NCBI GenBank assembly: GCA_046861655.1
Contig: JBHIAI010000004.1
Location: 1-48,912, forward strand
From: Fidelibacterota bacterium
GTDB taxonomy: Bacteria > Fidelibacterota > Marinisomatia > Marinisomatales > S15-B10
DNA: 48,912 bases
Reading direction: 5' to 3'
The translations under genes and the position numbers were made by a program. Every line of letters begins with the position of its first letter. The first letter of the stretch is position 1. The notes below the pieces were generated by a model that was not told where the DNA came from, made no database searches, and saw nothing but the letters and a program-made list of their open reading frames with translations. Of the stretch, positions 35,307 to 44,979 are shown piece after piece.

Positions 35307-36779
35307 ATGAGAGAAAGGGTCATACTTGTCATCGATCAGGGAACTTCCGCCACCAAAGGCTTCCTGTTTGATGCTCACCTGAATCAGATACATACGGAAA
35401 GAATCCCCCACCGGATTTTCCGCCCCAGGCCAGGGTGGGCAGAGTCTAATCCCGAAGACATCACCTCGGCCTGCCATACCCTCCTGAATTCCCTCCTGGA
35501 AGCGTGCCTGTCCCGGGACCTCACCCCTGCCGCCCTGGGTATGGCCTTCCAGCGCTCCACCTTCCTTTTCTGGACCAAGGACAAAGCCGAGCCCCTGACA
35601 CCCGCCCTCAGCTGGCAGGACACGAGGGCGTCATCCGTCGTGGCCCGACTGAAACAGTATGCCCAGTCCGTCCATAAGATTACAGGGGTACCCTTAAGCG
35701 CCCACTTTGGCGGTCCTAAGTTTGCCTACTGCGTCCGGGAGGACCCGGAGTTGAAATCCCGGGTAACTTCCGGAGAGGCCTTTTTCGGGCCCTTGAGTGC
35801 ATTCGTTACCCACGCCCTTACAGGGAGGGCTCTGGTGGATCAGTCCATCGCGGGAAGGTCCTTATTGATTGGATTGGAGGAACAGGAATGGAATAGGACT
35901 CTCCTGGACCTGTTCGATGTTCCCCCTCAATGCCTGCCCCCTCCGGTTCCCACCTGCCACCCCTTCGGACCGGTAAAGACTCCTTCGGGGAATCTCACCC
36001 TTACCTGCGTTCTCGGGGACCAGCAGGCGTCCCTGGTAGGCCTGAAAGGAATCGACGAAGGAGACGTGGCCCTGAACCTGGGAACGTCCGGATCGGTCCT
36101 GGTCAACAGCGGTGAAACGCCCAGAGTTGTCCCCTCCGTGCTGGCCAGTATCCTTTATTCCTTTGAGGATCAAAGCCGCTTCCTCCTGGAAGGAAGCATC
36201 AACGGCGTGGGATCCCTGTTCCGGTGGCTTGAATCCTTCCTGGGTATCCCCTACCGCGAAATGCGCTGGGAAAAACGGTGCAAACGGCCAACGAGGGGGA
36301 TTCTGATTCCCGGAATCAACGGGATGGCCGCCCCTTACTGGACCGACGAATTCGAGACGGCTCTGATCGACCTTTCTCCCGGCGACAATCCCGATGGTGT
36401 GGTAAGAGCCGCCATGGAATCCATAGGTTTTCTCGTGGCCGATATCTTCCAGGTGTTGGGGGAACAGGGAGGGGTTTCCCTGACCGAAATGGTGGCCTCA
36501 GGGGGTTTTTCAAGACCCGTTCTTCTCCAGTTCATCGCGGACCTCATGGGCAGGTCCGTCTGGAGTTCAAGGCGGAGGGACATGACCGCCCTGGGTGTGG
36601 CCCGGTTGGTGGCCCGTCAGACCTGGGGTACGCCGTTAAAAGGGGGTGCCGGGGTACGGGCCCGGGAATTCATGCCCGCCATGCCACCAGAACGCCGGAT
36701 GGAGAAAATAGGCCGGTGGAGAGAGAGTCTCGACAATCTCGGCATCCACCGGTACACCGTCGAGAACACAGGGGGATAA
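35307..36779 (+). CDS. FGGY family carbohydrate kinase (glycerol kinase-like, divergent)
   Basis: IDQGTSATK, PGWAE, WQDTR, GDQQASL.G, G..APYW, RAAMESI, TALG.A. Confidence 0.88.
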   Translation: MRERVILVIDQGTSATKGFLFDAHLNQIHTERIPHRIFRPRPGWAESNPEDITSACHTLLNSLLEACLSRDLTPAALGMAFQRSTFLFWTKDKAEPLTPALSWQDTRASSVVARLKQYAQSVHKITGVPLSAHFGGPKFAYCVREDPELKSRVTSGEAFFGPLSAFVTHALTGRALVDQSIAGRSLLIGLEEQEWNRTLLDLFDVPPQCLPPPVPTCHPFGPVKTPSGNLTLTCVLGDQQASLVGLKGIDEGDVALNLGTSGSVLVNSGETPRVVPSVLASILYSFEDQSRFLLEGSINGVGSLFRWLESFLGIPYREMRWEKRCKRPTRGILIPGINGMAAPYWTDEFETALIDLSPGDNPDGVVRAAMESIGFLVADIFQVLGEQGGVSLTEMVASGGFSRPVLLQFIADLMGRSVWSSRRRDMTALGVARLVARQTWGTPLKGGAGVRAREFMPAMPPERRMEKIGRWRESLDNLGIHRYTVENTGG

Positions 36780-36782
36780 CCG

Positions 36783-37382
36783 ATGAATGAGGAACAAACT
36801 TCCCTCCCGTCCCGGGAGGACGCCTGGGAACTTCTCTGCGAACACACCCGGTCCGATTCACTCAGGCGCCACGCCCTGGCGGTGGAACAGGTAATGCGCA
36901 AACTGGCTCAGAATTACGGGGAGGACCCGGATCTGTGGGGTATCACCGGGCTGCTCCACGATTTCGATTACGAGAAACATCCCACCAGGGAGGAACACCC
37001 CTATGTTGGCAACCGGATCCTCGAAGAAAAGGGGTATCCGGAAGAGATTCGTACAGCCATCATGGGGCACGCTTCCTATACGGGAGTGCCCCGGAAAAGC
37101 CTCATGGCCAAAGCCCTGTTCGCCAGCGACGAACTGACGGGATTCATATTCGCTGTTACCTACGTCCGCCCTTCTAAATCCATCCATGATGTCAAAGTGA
37201 AATCGGTGACGAAGAAACTCAAACAACCCAGTTTCGCGGCCGGTGTAAATCGACAGGATGTGGAGAAGGGAATCCAGGAACTGGGAGTGGACAGGTCAGA
37301 TCACATCCAGGTCATCATCGATGCCCTGAAAGAGAAGGCGAATCTCCTGGGTTTGGCACCACCGGGGACAGCTTCATCTTGA
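36783..37382 (+). CDS. HD (HDIG-type) metal-dependent phosphohydrolase
   Basis: RRHALAVE, GLLHDFDYE, H...G, AI.GH, DELTG, RPSK. Confidence 0.9.
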   Translation: MNEEQTSLPSREDAWELLCEHTRSDSLRRHALAVEQVMRKLAQNYGEDPDLWGITGLLHDFDYEKHPTREEHPYVGNRILEEKGYPEEIRTAIMGHASYTGVPRKSLMAKALFASDELTGFIFAVTYVRPSKSIHDVKVKSVTKKLKQPSFAAGVNRQDVEKGIQELGVDRSDHIQVIIDALKEKANLLGLAPPGTASS

Positions 37383-37730
37383 AACGGATTCGACGTCGGG
37401 CCACTCTATGTAAATGTCGTCGCCTTCCACATGGACCGGATAGCTTTTTACCTGGATGGCGGAATTTTCCACGGCCTGTCCCGTCCGGCAGTCGAATTGC
37501 CACCCATGCCAGGGACAGGTGACAACGAACCCTTCCAACTCCCCCTCCCCGAGGGACCCTCCCCGGTGGGGACAGGTGTTGGATAGGGCGTAGAAGCGTT
37601 CGCCCACACGAAACAGGGCTACCACCCGGTCATCCAGGATTACCACTTTCCCCTGCTGGGGCAAAAGGTCACTTCGGCGGGCAACTTTTCTCAACACAAC
37701 TCTGAATCCCTCGCCTCGTGGAGCACCCAA
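37374..37730 (-). CDS. Soluble Rieske-type ferredoxin (NirD/dioxygenase ferredoxin-like)
   Basis: CPHRGGSL and CPWHGWQFD; start uncertain. Confidence 0.88.
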   Translation of the reverse strand: MGAPRGEGFRVVLRKVARRSDLLPQQGKVVILDDRVVALFRVGERFYALSNTCPHRGGSLGEGELEGFVVTCPWHGWQFDCRTGQAVENSAIQVKSYPVHVEGDDIYIEWPDVESVSR

Positions 37731-37767
37731 TCGTCACCCATATGATAAGGACCCGCTCCAGACCGGG

Positions 37768-38742
37768 TCAAGTCGACCCCGTGGAGGCTCTGGACAGAAG
37801 GTTGGCCCTGACATTCCGCTTCAATCCGGAAAACCTGGCCCTCTTCATTGGACTGTGGCGAAAAATGCGTTCATACTCGCCGGGAGTCAATCCTTCCCAG
37901 TCCTTCTCCGACCTGTCTACCATCCCCGGTCGTGGAGCAAAGGCTTCTTCCCTACTGGGCCGGGAAAACTTTTTGTTCCAGGGACACACCTCCTGACAGA
38001 TGTCACAACCGTAGATCCAGCCATGGAGATCACCGCTAGCAGTCGCCGGGAAATCCCCTCGATGCTCAATGGTCAAGTAAGAAATGCACCGGTTGGCATC
38101 GAGGACGTAATCGTCCACAATCGCCCCTGTCGGACAGGCCTCCAGGCACGCCGTACAGGAGCCGCATAGATCCTGGTCAAAAGGGGGATCGTACTCCAGT
38201 TCCACATCCAGGATCAATTCTCCCAGGAATACCCATGAACCGAAATCCCGGGTGATGATATTGGTGTGTTTCCCCAGCCACCCGATGCCCGCCCTCTGGG
38301 CCCAGGCCTTCTCCATAACCGGAGATGTATCCACACACACCATGCCTCTGACGTCAGGGAACATCTGGCGAATCTCGGTCAGAAGTCTCCGCAACTTTTC
38401 CTTGAGCACCCTATGATAATCATCTCCCCAGGCATAGTTGGAAACCTTCAAAGGACCCCGGGCGAGACCGTGGTAGTAGTTTATGGCCGCGCTCACCACC
38501 GATTTGCCCTCCGGGAAATAGCGGCCCGTGTCGCGCCGTTCCTCTTCCCGGAGTCTCATCCATTCCATGGTTCCGTGGTAGCCCCGGAGGATCCAGGTCC
38601 TGAGTAGACCTCCCTCGGACCCCAGAGAGCCCGCCCGGGTGACGCCCACGCGGTCAAAACCCAGAGAGACAGTCCGGCCCTTTATGAACTCCGTGAGCCT
38701 ACGCCGATCCTCCCGGGTATGACTATCCGGTGTCTCCTTCAT
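37768..38742 (-). CDS. queG: Epoxyqueuosine reductase
   Basis: YAWGDDYH, VDTSPVMEK..A..AG.GW.GK, CGSCTACLEACPT, CISYLTIE, GCDICQEVCPWN. Start at the ATGA overlap, 38742. Confidence 0.95.
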   Translation of the reverse strand: MKETPDSHTREDRRRLTEFIKGRTVSLGFDRVGVTRAGSLGSEGGLLRTWILRGYHGTMEWMRLREEERRDTGRYFPEGKSVVSAAINYYHGLARGPLKVSNYAWGDDYHRVLKEKLRRLLTEIRQMFPDVRGMVCVDTSPVMEKAWAQRAGIGWLGKHTNIITRDFGSWVFLGELILDVELEYDPPFDQDLCGSCTACLEACPTGAIVDDYVLDANRCISYLTIEHRGDFPATASGDLHGWIYGCDICQEVCPWNKKFSRPSREEAFAPRPGMVDRSEKDWEGLTPGEYERIFRHSPMKRARFSGLKRNVRANLLSRASTGST

Positions 38743-39332
38743 GGCTCGGGAGGAGACCACTGCCCTGTTGAGATTTTTTCCGCCCAGAGAAGTCCTATGA
38801 TGGCCTTAACATCCTTGATTTTTCCCCGACGTACCCATTCCAGACATGTCTCAAGATCGAGAGGAAGAATCCGGATGAACTCATCGGGAGGCTTTCTCCT
38901 TTCCGTTTTGGTGAGATCCTCCATCAGGTAAATCCACATACGTTCACTGCTGTATCCGATACAGGGACGGACCTCCACCACCGGGGTGACGGTCTGGGCC
39001 GTGAATCCGGTTTCTTCCAGGAGTTCCCTTCTTGCGGTCTCCAAAGGGGACTCGCCCGGATCGACGGTGCCTGCGGGAAGTTCGATTTCTACCTCACCCG
39101 TAGCATACCGGAACTGTTCGATAAGAAGGATTTTGTTGTCGTCCAGGACCGGGATCATCACTGCGGCACCGGGATGCTTGACATACTCCCTGACAGAAGT
39201 CTCGCCGTTGGGGAGGTGAACCTCGTCGGACCAAACGTTCAGGAGTTTCCCCCGGAAGACCTGGGTGGAGGACAGGCGAGTTTCGGTGAGATCTTTGAAC
39301 CTAGAGCTCACCCAGGAGGTCCCTGGCTTCAT
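38739..39332 (-). CDS. nudF: NUDIX hydrolase, ADP-ribose pyrophosphatase-like
   Basis: LPNG....RE...HPGA, QFRY, ELPAG.VD.GE.PLETARRELLEETG Nudix box. The start may be GTG 39311. Confidence 0.88.
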   Translation of the reverse strand: MKPGTSWVSSRFKDLTETRLSSTQVFRGKLLNVWSDEVHLPNGETSVREYVKHPGAAVMIPVLDDNKILLIEQFRYATGEVEIELPAGTVDPGESPLETARRELLEETGFTAQTVTPVVEVRPCIGYSSERMWIYLMEDLTKTERRKPPDEFIRILPLDLETCLEWVRRGKIKDVKAIIGLLWAEKISTGQWSPPEP

Positions 39333-40059
39333 CCTGAAGCAACCTGTCGCTTTCTGACTGGGGCCTGATGGCCAGGCCCCGGTTCAGAGCCCCCCTCGCT
39401 CCCTCTTCATCATCCAGCTGTATCAGTGTCTTGCCAAGCCACACGTAATGCCGAATATCCCCAGGCTCTTTATCAATCGCCTTTTGGAAGTAGTCCCTGG
39501 CCTCCTCAAAACTGGCTTCGGGCGGGGCGGCGTAGACCAGGCTCGCGATAGTCCGTTCAAACCAATTGAGGTCGGCCAGGGTAAAATGCCAGCGTCCCAT
39601 GACATGGTAGGTGCCGTCATCTTCCGGATCCAGTTCAATCGCCCTCAGGGTGTGTTCAGCCACCTTGTAGGAATTCTTGATCTTCTGCTCAGTCCCTTCG
39701 ATTTCACCCACCCTGCCTATGAGAATGCCATACCACTTGTGTGCTTTAGCACTGGCATCATCGGTTCCAAGAGCCCTCTGGGCGTACTCGAATCCCTGCC
39801 TGACATGGGATTCGATGAGCTCTTCATCATCGGTGTTGTCCGAAAAATCGAAATGGGCCCTGGCCAGGCGCCAAAGGACTTCCAGATTATCGGGATCCAG
39901 CTCTTCAGCATCCTTGAGCAACTCGTAGCTGCCGGGGAAATCATTCTGTTCGTGGCGCTCATCCGCTCTGTCGAGGTAGGAATCCACGGTTTGGCCGCGA
40001 AGGGGGAAAAGTCCCACGGACACAATGAGAGCCGCCGCTCCAGTACCTCGGAATCTCAC
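39301..40059 (-). CDS. Exported TPR protein resembling eukaryotic RMDN1-3
   Basis: Signal peptide; EVLWRLARA, AHKWY.I..G, AIELDP.D, GRW...A.L.W.ER.IA..Y..PP.AS.EEA...F.KA. Confidence 0.8.
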   Translation of the reverse strand: MRFRGTGAAALIVSVGLFPLRGQTVDSYLDRADERHEQNDFPGSYELLKDAEELDPDNLEVLWRLARAHFDFSDNTDDEELIESHVRQGFEYAQRALGTDDASAKAHKWYGILIGRVGEIEGTEQKIKNSYKVAEHTLRAIELDPEDDGTYHVMGRWHFTLADLNWFERTIASLVYAAPPEASFEEARDYFQKAIDKEPGDIRHYVWLGKTLIQLDDEEGARGALNRGLAIRPQSESDRLLQDEARDLLGEL

Positions 40060-40188
40060 ATCAGCCTCCTAGTCTTGTGTCAAGATGAACCTGATGGACC
40101 GGTGTCATTCTGAGGGATCCCGCCGCCGGTCACTGGGTACTTTTGACCCGCGACTTTTCACCTGAGCCTCATTTCCTGAAATTTCTGA

Positions 40189-40953
40189 CTAGAAATACTC
40201 TATGTACGTGACCTTCAACTCCCGGTTGAAATAGTCCACTTTCTTCTCATCAAACAGAAGGTTATTGAAATGGAACTCAAGATGGAGACGTTCCGCAAAA
40301 GTCCAGCGAACTGCCGCGTTCAGATACCCTCCTCTGCTCAAAGAAATCTTACTGGCCTCGTACTGGTTCTCATTCAAGGCAGCATTGTACTCCAGAAGAA
40401 AGGACAGCTCAGGGTTTATTTCCACATCGAAACCCGCAAAACCGCTCACATCGGTGTCGCCATCCTCCTGTTCGGTGAAATTATAGTTCACACCCAGATG
40501 GACCCCCGTATTCCCCAGGGGAAATCGCCAGTTCTTACTGAGAACCAAGTACAACCCGTACGCCTTGGTACCGTACCGTTTCAAGCTGTCGGCATCGTAA
40601 ACACCAAAGCCCTGAGTGTCCACCCCCAGGGCGAATCCCGGCATGGAGACCGATTCATCGATCATCCGGTATTTCAGAATCACTTCGGGTCTGGAATAGG
40701 GAACGGGCTCTCTGTCCCCGATGAGATAGCTTGCACCGTAGGAGAGCCCGAACATGAATCGGTCGGTAATCCCCACCGAAAGGCCTGCGGTGAGTCCCCC
40801 CCCTTTTTGCACTCTGAGATCCATGGCAAAACTCCCTCTCACCAGGCCCCCGGCAGTCGGAATGGTGATGAGATTGGTAGGGGGTGGGTACTCGGCTTGC
40901 TGAGCGAGAACCGGGGGAATAAGCAGGACCAGCGCTACCAGTCTGAAAGGCAT
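40189..40953 (-). CDS. Outer-membrane beta-barrel protein (YjbH-like)
   Basis: Signal peptide from ATG 40953; LI.IPTAG, P.FALG.D.QG, LYLVLSK, YLNA..RW, terminal Phe. Confidence 0.7.
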   Translation of the reverse strand: MPFRLVALVLLIPPVLAQQAEYPPPTNLITIPTAGGLVRGSFAMDLRVQKGGGLTAGLSVGITDRFMFGLSYGASYLIGDREPVPYSRPEVILKYRMIDESVSMPGFALGVDTQGFGVYDADSLKRYGTKAYGLYLVLSKNWRFPLGNTGVHLGVNYNFTEQEDGDTDVSGFAGFDVEINPELSFLLEYNAALNENQYEASKISLSRGGYLNAAVRWTFAERLHLEFHFNNLLFDEKKVDYFNRELKVTYIEYF

Positions 40954-41013
40954 CTCCCGTCGAATATACCCCCCGACCCCTCCAAAATCAAGCTCATTGA
41001 TCCCGCCCAATGT

Positions 41014-41961
41014 TCAGTACAATTTGGGGTACAGGATCGTGCCGTCCCGGCGCTCTATTTCGCCTACCTTTTCCAGCGGCATGGTCAAGATTTCCTCCTC
41101 ACCGAACAGGCTGAACCTCACATAGGTGTCTGACACGTTGAGAATGTCAACCCTCAGGGTTTCACCGTCCCTCAGATAGATGAGGTCCGGCGATTCCATC
41201 ACCCTTCTGTCTTCGACGGGGAGCCTGCGACGAATTATCTCCTCAGGAGTTGTCCGCTTTTCTTCCGGAAGGGCAACCGCCACCCGGCTCCTGGGGCTAC
41301 CCGATGAATCGTATTCAGTCAGCTTATAGGTCCTGCTGCCGGGGTCGTAGTCGTACTGAAACAGGCGGACGGTTTTTCCATGGGCTCCCCGCATCCAACG
41401 TTCCTCTTTCACCAGGCCCGTCTCAAAATAGTCGTACTCAATCGCCCCCCACTGGACGTTATCCACGCTGAAAAACCGGTAGGACAAAACCCTCCCTTCA
41501 GGTCCGTACCGGATGAGGGTAACCCTGTCCTGGAATTCCTTCGGATTCCGGTCCGGATAAACATGGTCAATGAAGGCGCGGGACATGGGTTCCCCCTCTC
41601 CGTAAACGTAGAGAGCTTTCACAGTTCCGTTTCCGTCGCGAACAGCTCTCCGGGAAAGGGTTCCGGTATCATCGTACTGTAAGACTTCCTCCTCCACCAA
41701 GTTTCCTGCGGCATCGATTCTCCCCTTGGAAACGGGCCTGTCTTCCCGGTCATAGAAGACGCGAAGATGCTCTTTTCCCTGTCGATCAGTGGCCGGCATG
41801 GATGTCCCACGAATGAAATCCCGCTCCGTCCGGTAATATCGAACGTAGGAAACACCCTGGGCATTGATCACAGTGAGCATCACCCACACGATTGTCCAGA
41901 CCCGGAGAATCATGAGAGACGGGGTCATTCGACCGGAGATACCTTTCAGCCGCCTCTCCAT
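41014..41961 (-). CDS. Hypothetical exported protein with YD-like beta-hairpin repeats
   Basis: Signal peptide (start 41961 or 41928); recurring YDxxG/YxxxG units; small C-terminal DLIYLRDG domain. Confidence 0.7.
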   Translation of the reverse strand: MERRLKGISGRMTPSLMILRVWTIVWVMLTVINAQGVSYVRYYRTERDFIRGTSMPATDRQGKEHLRVFYDREDRPVSKGRIDAAGNLVEEEVLQYDDTGTLSRRAVRDGNGTVKALYVYGEGEPMSRAFIDHVYPDRNPKEFQDRVTLIRYGPEGRVLSYRFFSVDNVQWGAIEYDYFETGLVKEERWMRGAHGKTVRLFQYDYDPGSRTYKLTEYDSSGSPRSRVAVALPEEKRTTPEEIIRRRLPVEDRRVMESPDLIYLRDGETLRVDILNVSDTYVRFSLFGEEEILTMPLEKVGEIERRDGTILYPKLY

Positions 41962-42010
41962 TTTCTTCCGTGAAGAAGGCAGACACCGACAACAGTACTT
42001 TGAAACAACG

Positions 42011-43100
42011 TCACTGAACCACAGCCGAGGATAGAACAAGATTGAAGCCCTGACGCTCAAGGAGGGGTATCTGCTCTCTTAGTACGCGCAGGGTATTCTT
42101 TCTGGGATGGCCTACCCCGACGGCCACCCCGTTTTCCCTGGCGGTCCTGGCCAGCAATGCTACCTGCTTTTCTATCGTTTCCGCCTCGTCTTCAAAGTCG
42201 ATGAAAACGTTTCGGGCACTCACCGGAACACCCGCCCGTTCCATCTCCTGAACCGCCACCGAATTGGGTGTGGTCTTGCTGTCCACGAAATACTTGCCTT
42301 CCGCTCGCAAAACCTCGGCCACAGCCCTCATAATCCGGCGGCTCTCGGTGGCATCCGATCCCTGATGGTTGCTTACCCCCTTTGAGAACGGGATATCCAT
42401 CAGGGCATCACGCTGGCGCCTCCGGATTTCCTGATTCCCGCCTCAAGATGAACTCTTCTTCTCCGGGCAAACCTTCCTTGGACTCCATGGGCATATGAAC
42501 GATAACTTCATACCCGGCTTCATGGGCCAGAGTGGCCACCTCCGCGGAGTACGGATGGCCGGGAAGAACGGCGAAGGTCAAAGGAAAAGACAGATCAAGA
42601 AAACTCTTCACCACCTCATTCAGGTTGTAGCCAAAATCATCTATGATCATGCAGATTTGCCCTGCGTAGGTGGACATATCCGGTGTACAAATCAACTCCC
42701 CAAAGGAGGCGTGTTCGGGGCCCAGTCTGAACTTCACGTCCCCTGTGGACTTCTCCACACGGACGTCCACCACCGAGACACCGTGCTGGCCCAGGAGACG
42801 GTCGACATTCAGGCTTAGCCCATGGGCGGTGTATTTTCTGGGATAGAGAAACTGGTCCGTTCTCCGGAGGAATGCGTGTGATGAACGTACGAAGGTCAGT
42901 CCCAGCGTCTTTTCAAGGTATCCCTTCTCGAGAACCGATTCCCACGCTATTCTCATGGGGGTAGCCTGGCGGTCCAGAACTTCCTTTTGCCGTTTCAAAT
43001 TGATGGTCAGGATGACGGTCAGGACGACACACACAACGATGAAGACGGCAGTGAGACTCCCTTTCTTCGAAGCAAGTACGGTCCGCGGGACGGGGCTCAC
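42011..43100 (-). pseudogene. Divergent polysaccharide deacetylase (YibQ-like), split by a frameshift near 42434 (real or artefact)
   Basis: The N-half has a TM anchor, IIDDFG, AVLP and HMPME; the C-half in another frame has NHQGS, FVDS.T, RNVFID and GHP. The shift is confined to about 42411-42442. Confidence 0.8.
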
Positions 43101-44047
43101 GGGAGGATGGTGCTGACCTGGAAGAGGTGGGGTATCCCGAGACTGTGGGATCCCACTTCGACGCCATAGGATACCTGAAAACGCCGCCAGGTAACCGCGA
43201 GACTTGCCCCCACCGCCGTTACCCGCTGGGAAAAGCGACTCCCTAAGGTTAGCCTCATGACACCCAGTCCCGTCTCTCCTGCTACCCGGGTGACCACACC
43301 GTGGCGCCGGGAGACCTCAACTTCCAGAGTCATCACAGAAGACAGGCCAGGTGGAGGAGACGCATCCGGGATGGGAGGCCGGTAGGCTGCGGCAACGCTA
43401 ATAGCGGTGGGAAGGGTAGGGCTTTCCTTGTTCAGAGGTCCCATGGCGCCCACATTTCTCACCGCCGCCCCCAGGGCCAATCGGTCCTGAATGACGGGCC
43501 ATACGGCCCCCAGATCTGCCCCTACGCCCGATGACGAATAGATGTACAGTTCAGTACGGATCCACCGAAGGGTTGCCCCGAACCGGATGCCCTTCCCCTC
43601 GGAACCCGGGGTTCCCGACGGCCGCAGGCGCAACCGCTTCCCCCAGATGACTTCCGCCGCTGTCCCCGAAGCACCGAAGTGGGACAAGAATTCATCCGCG
43701 GGAATCTCGGTTCTCAATTCAAGATCGGACATCGCCAGCTGCCGGATTCGAAATCCCACCGTTCCTCCCAGGGCCGGTCGAGCCACGAGAACGGAACTCC
43801 CCCTTATCCCCGTTAACCACTGGTGGTAGCCCAGGTAAATCTGAATGGAGGGAAGATCCTGTACGATCAGGGCCGGGTTTCCCCGGGAGAGGGAGGGATC
43901 CCCCGTCAGTATGACCGACGAACCTCCCAGACCCAATTCCCTGGGGGTGGAGGGCACGGTGAGAAAGGAGGTTCCGATGCCCCACAGAGTACTGGAAATG
44001 GGTACACTGAGCACCAGGGCAACGGATGCCCACGTCGGCCTACGCAT
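43097..44047 (-). CDS. PorV/PorQ-like outer-membrane barrel
   Basis: FL..P..PR..GLGG, NPA, DLG, LGA.VRN.G, LP; tandem with a second paralogue in the sprA operon. Confidence 0.7.
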   Translation of the reverse strand: MRRPTWASVALVLSVPISSTLWGIGTSFLTVPSTPRELGLGGSSVILTGDPSLSRGNPALIVQDLPSIQIYLGYHQWLTGIRGSSVLVARPALGGTVGFRIRQLAMSDLELRTEIPADEFLSHFGASGTAAEVIWGKRLRLRPSGTPGSEGKGIRFGATLRWIRTELYIYSSSGVGADLGAVWPVIQDRLALGAAVRNVGAMGPLNKESPTLPTAISVAAAYRPPIPDASPPPGLSSVMTLEVEVSRRHGVVTRVAGETGLGVMRLTLGSRFSQRVTAVGASLAVTWRRFQVSYGVEVGSHSLGIPHLFQVSTILP

Positions 44048-44979
44048 CAGAAGGTAAAGACATAGGAAAGGACGTGAGAAATCCCCTCTCCCCGCCGGCC
44101 CAGCAGAAAGGCATAATCAACCTGGGCATCGTTTCGTTTCAGGAGTGAATAATTGAGTCCCACCCCCACAGTGGGGAAGAAATTGTTCATCCCTGCCCGG
44201 ACGGCCACCCGGGGCGTGGGCCGGTATTCTCCCCCGGCCCGGATCCGGTGGGCTTTAAGAGACTTCCCGAAGGAGAAATAGGTATAATCACCGATGATCT
44301 CAACGGTGCCCGGATGGTAGCCCAACCCCAGTCGGACCTGCGTGGGGAACGGGTCCTCGTAGGTTCTCCCCTTATCCTGGTACAGATCGGACGTGCTCCA
44401 GACGTACGCCGTGTTAAGGTCCTGAATAACCAGCCCCAGATCGAACTTCTCCAGCCGGCGCACCATGAATCCCACATCCACCCCAACTCCCCGGCTGGTC
44501 TGTTTACCATCAAGTGGAATGACCTGGTAGAGAACCTTGACGTTTACCCCAACACTCACTCCCTCAAGGATCCGGTTGGAGAAACTGAAATAGAGGGCAT
44601 AGTCCTCCGTTGAAAAAGTCCCAGTCGAATGTCCCGACCCATCCCGTCCGTCAATGCCGTCAACACCTGCCGTCACCACACCGACGCCCAGGCCGCCCGT
44701 GGGAGGCAGAGAACTTGAAAAGGAGGCCGACACCAGATACCGGTCCAGAGGCAAGAAATGGTGAAACACAGACACCTGTCTTTTTTCAAGGAGCGCCAGG
44801 GCCGCTGGGTTGTGGTAGGCTGCAAAACCGTTGTCCACCACCCCGGTGAGACCACCGCCCATGGCAATGGACCGGGCGGTAGATCCCAGACGCAGGAACC
44901 CTCCCGCCTGCCCGCCAATATCTCCGGCTGCGGCGAAAGAGACCAGGCACGCTACTGTCACTCCCAGCCGGCGGATCAT
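44047..44979 (-). CDS. PorV/PorQ-like outer-membrane barrel
   Basis: FLRLG..ARS.AMGG, YHNPAAL, D.G, RAG.EY, VDYA, terminal Phe. Confidence 0.8.
   Translation of the reverse strand: MIRRLGVTVACLVSFAAAGDIGGQAGGFLRLGSTARSIAMGGGLTGVVDNGFAAYHNPAALALLEKRQVSVFHHFLPLDRYLVSASFSSSLPPTGGLGVGVVTAGVDGIDGRDGSGHSTGTFSTEDYALYFSFSNRILEGVSVGVNVKVLYQVIPLDGKQTSRGVGVDVGFMVRRLEKFDLGLVIQDLNTAYVWSTSDLYQDKGRTYEDPFPTQVRLGLGYHPGTVEIIGDYTYFSFGKSLKAHRIRAGGEYRPTPRVAVRAGMNNFFPTVGVGLNYSLLKRNDAQVDYAFLLGRRGEGISHVLSYVFTF

Noticed and set aside
42408..42410. TGA ending the deacetylase N-half as a selenocysteine or readthrough codon
   Set aside because: The continuation is in a different frame, so readthrough cannot restore the protein.
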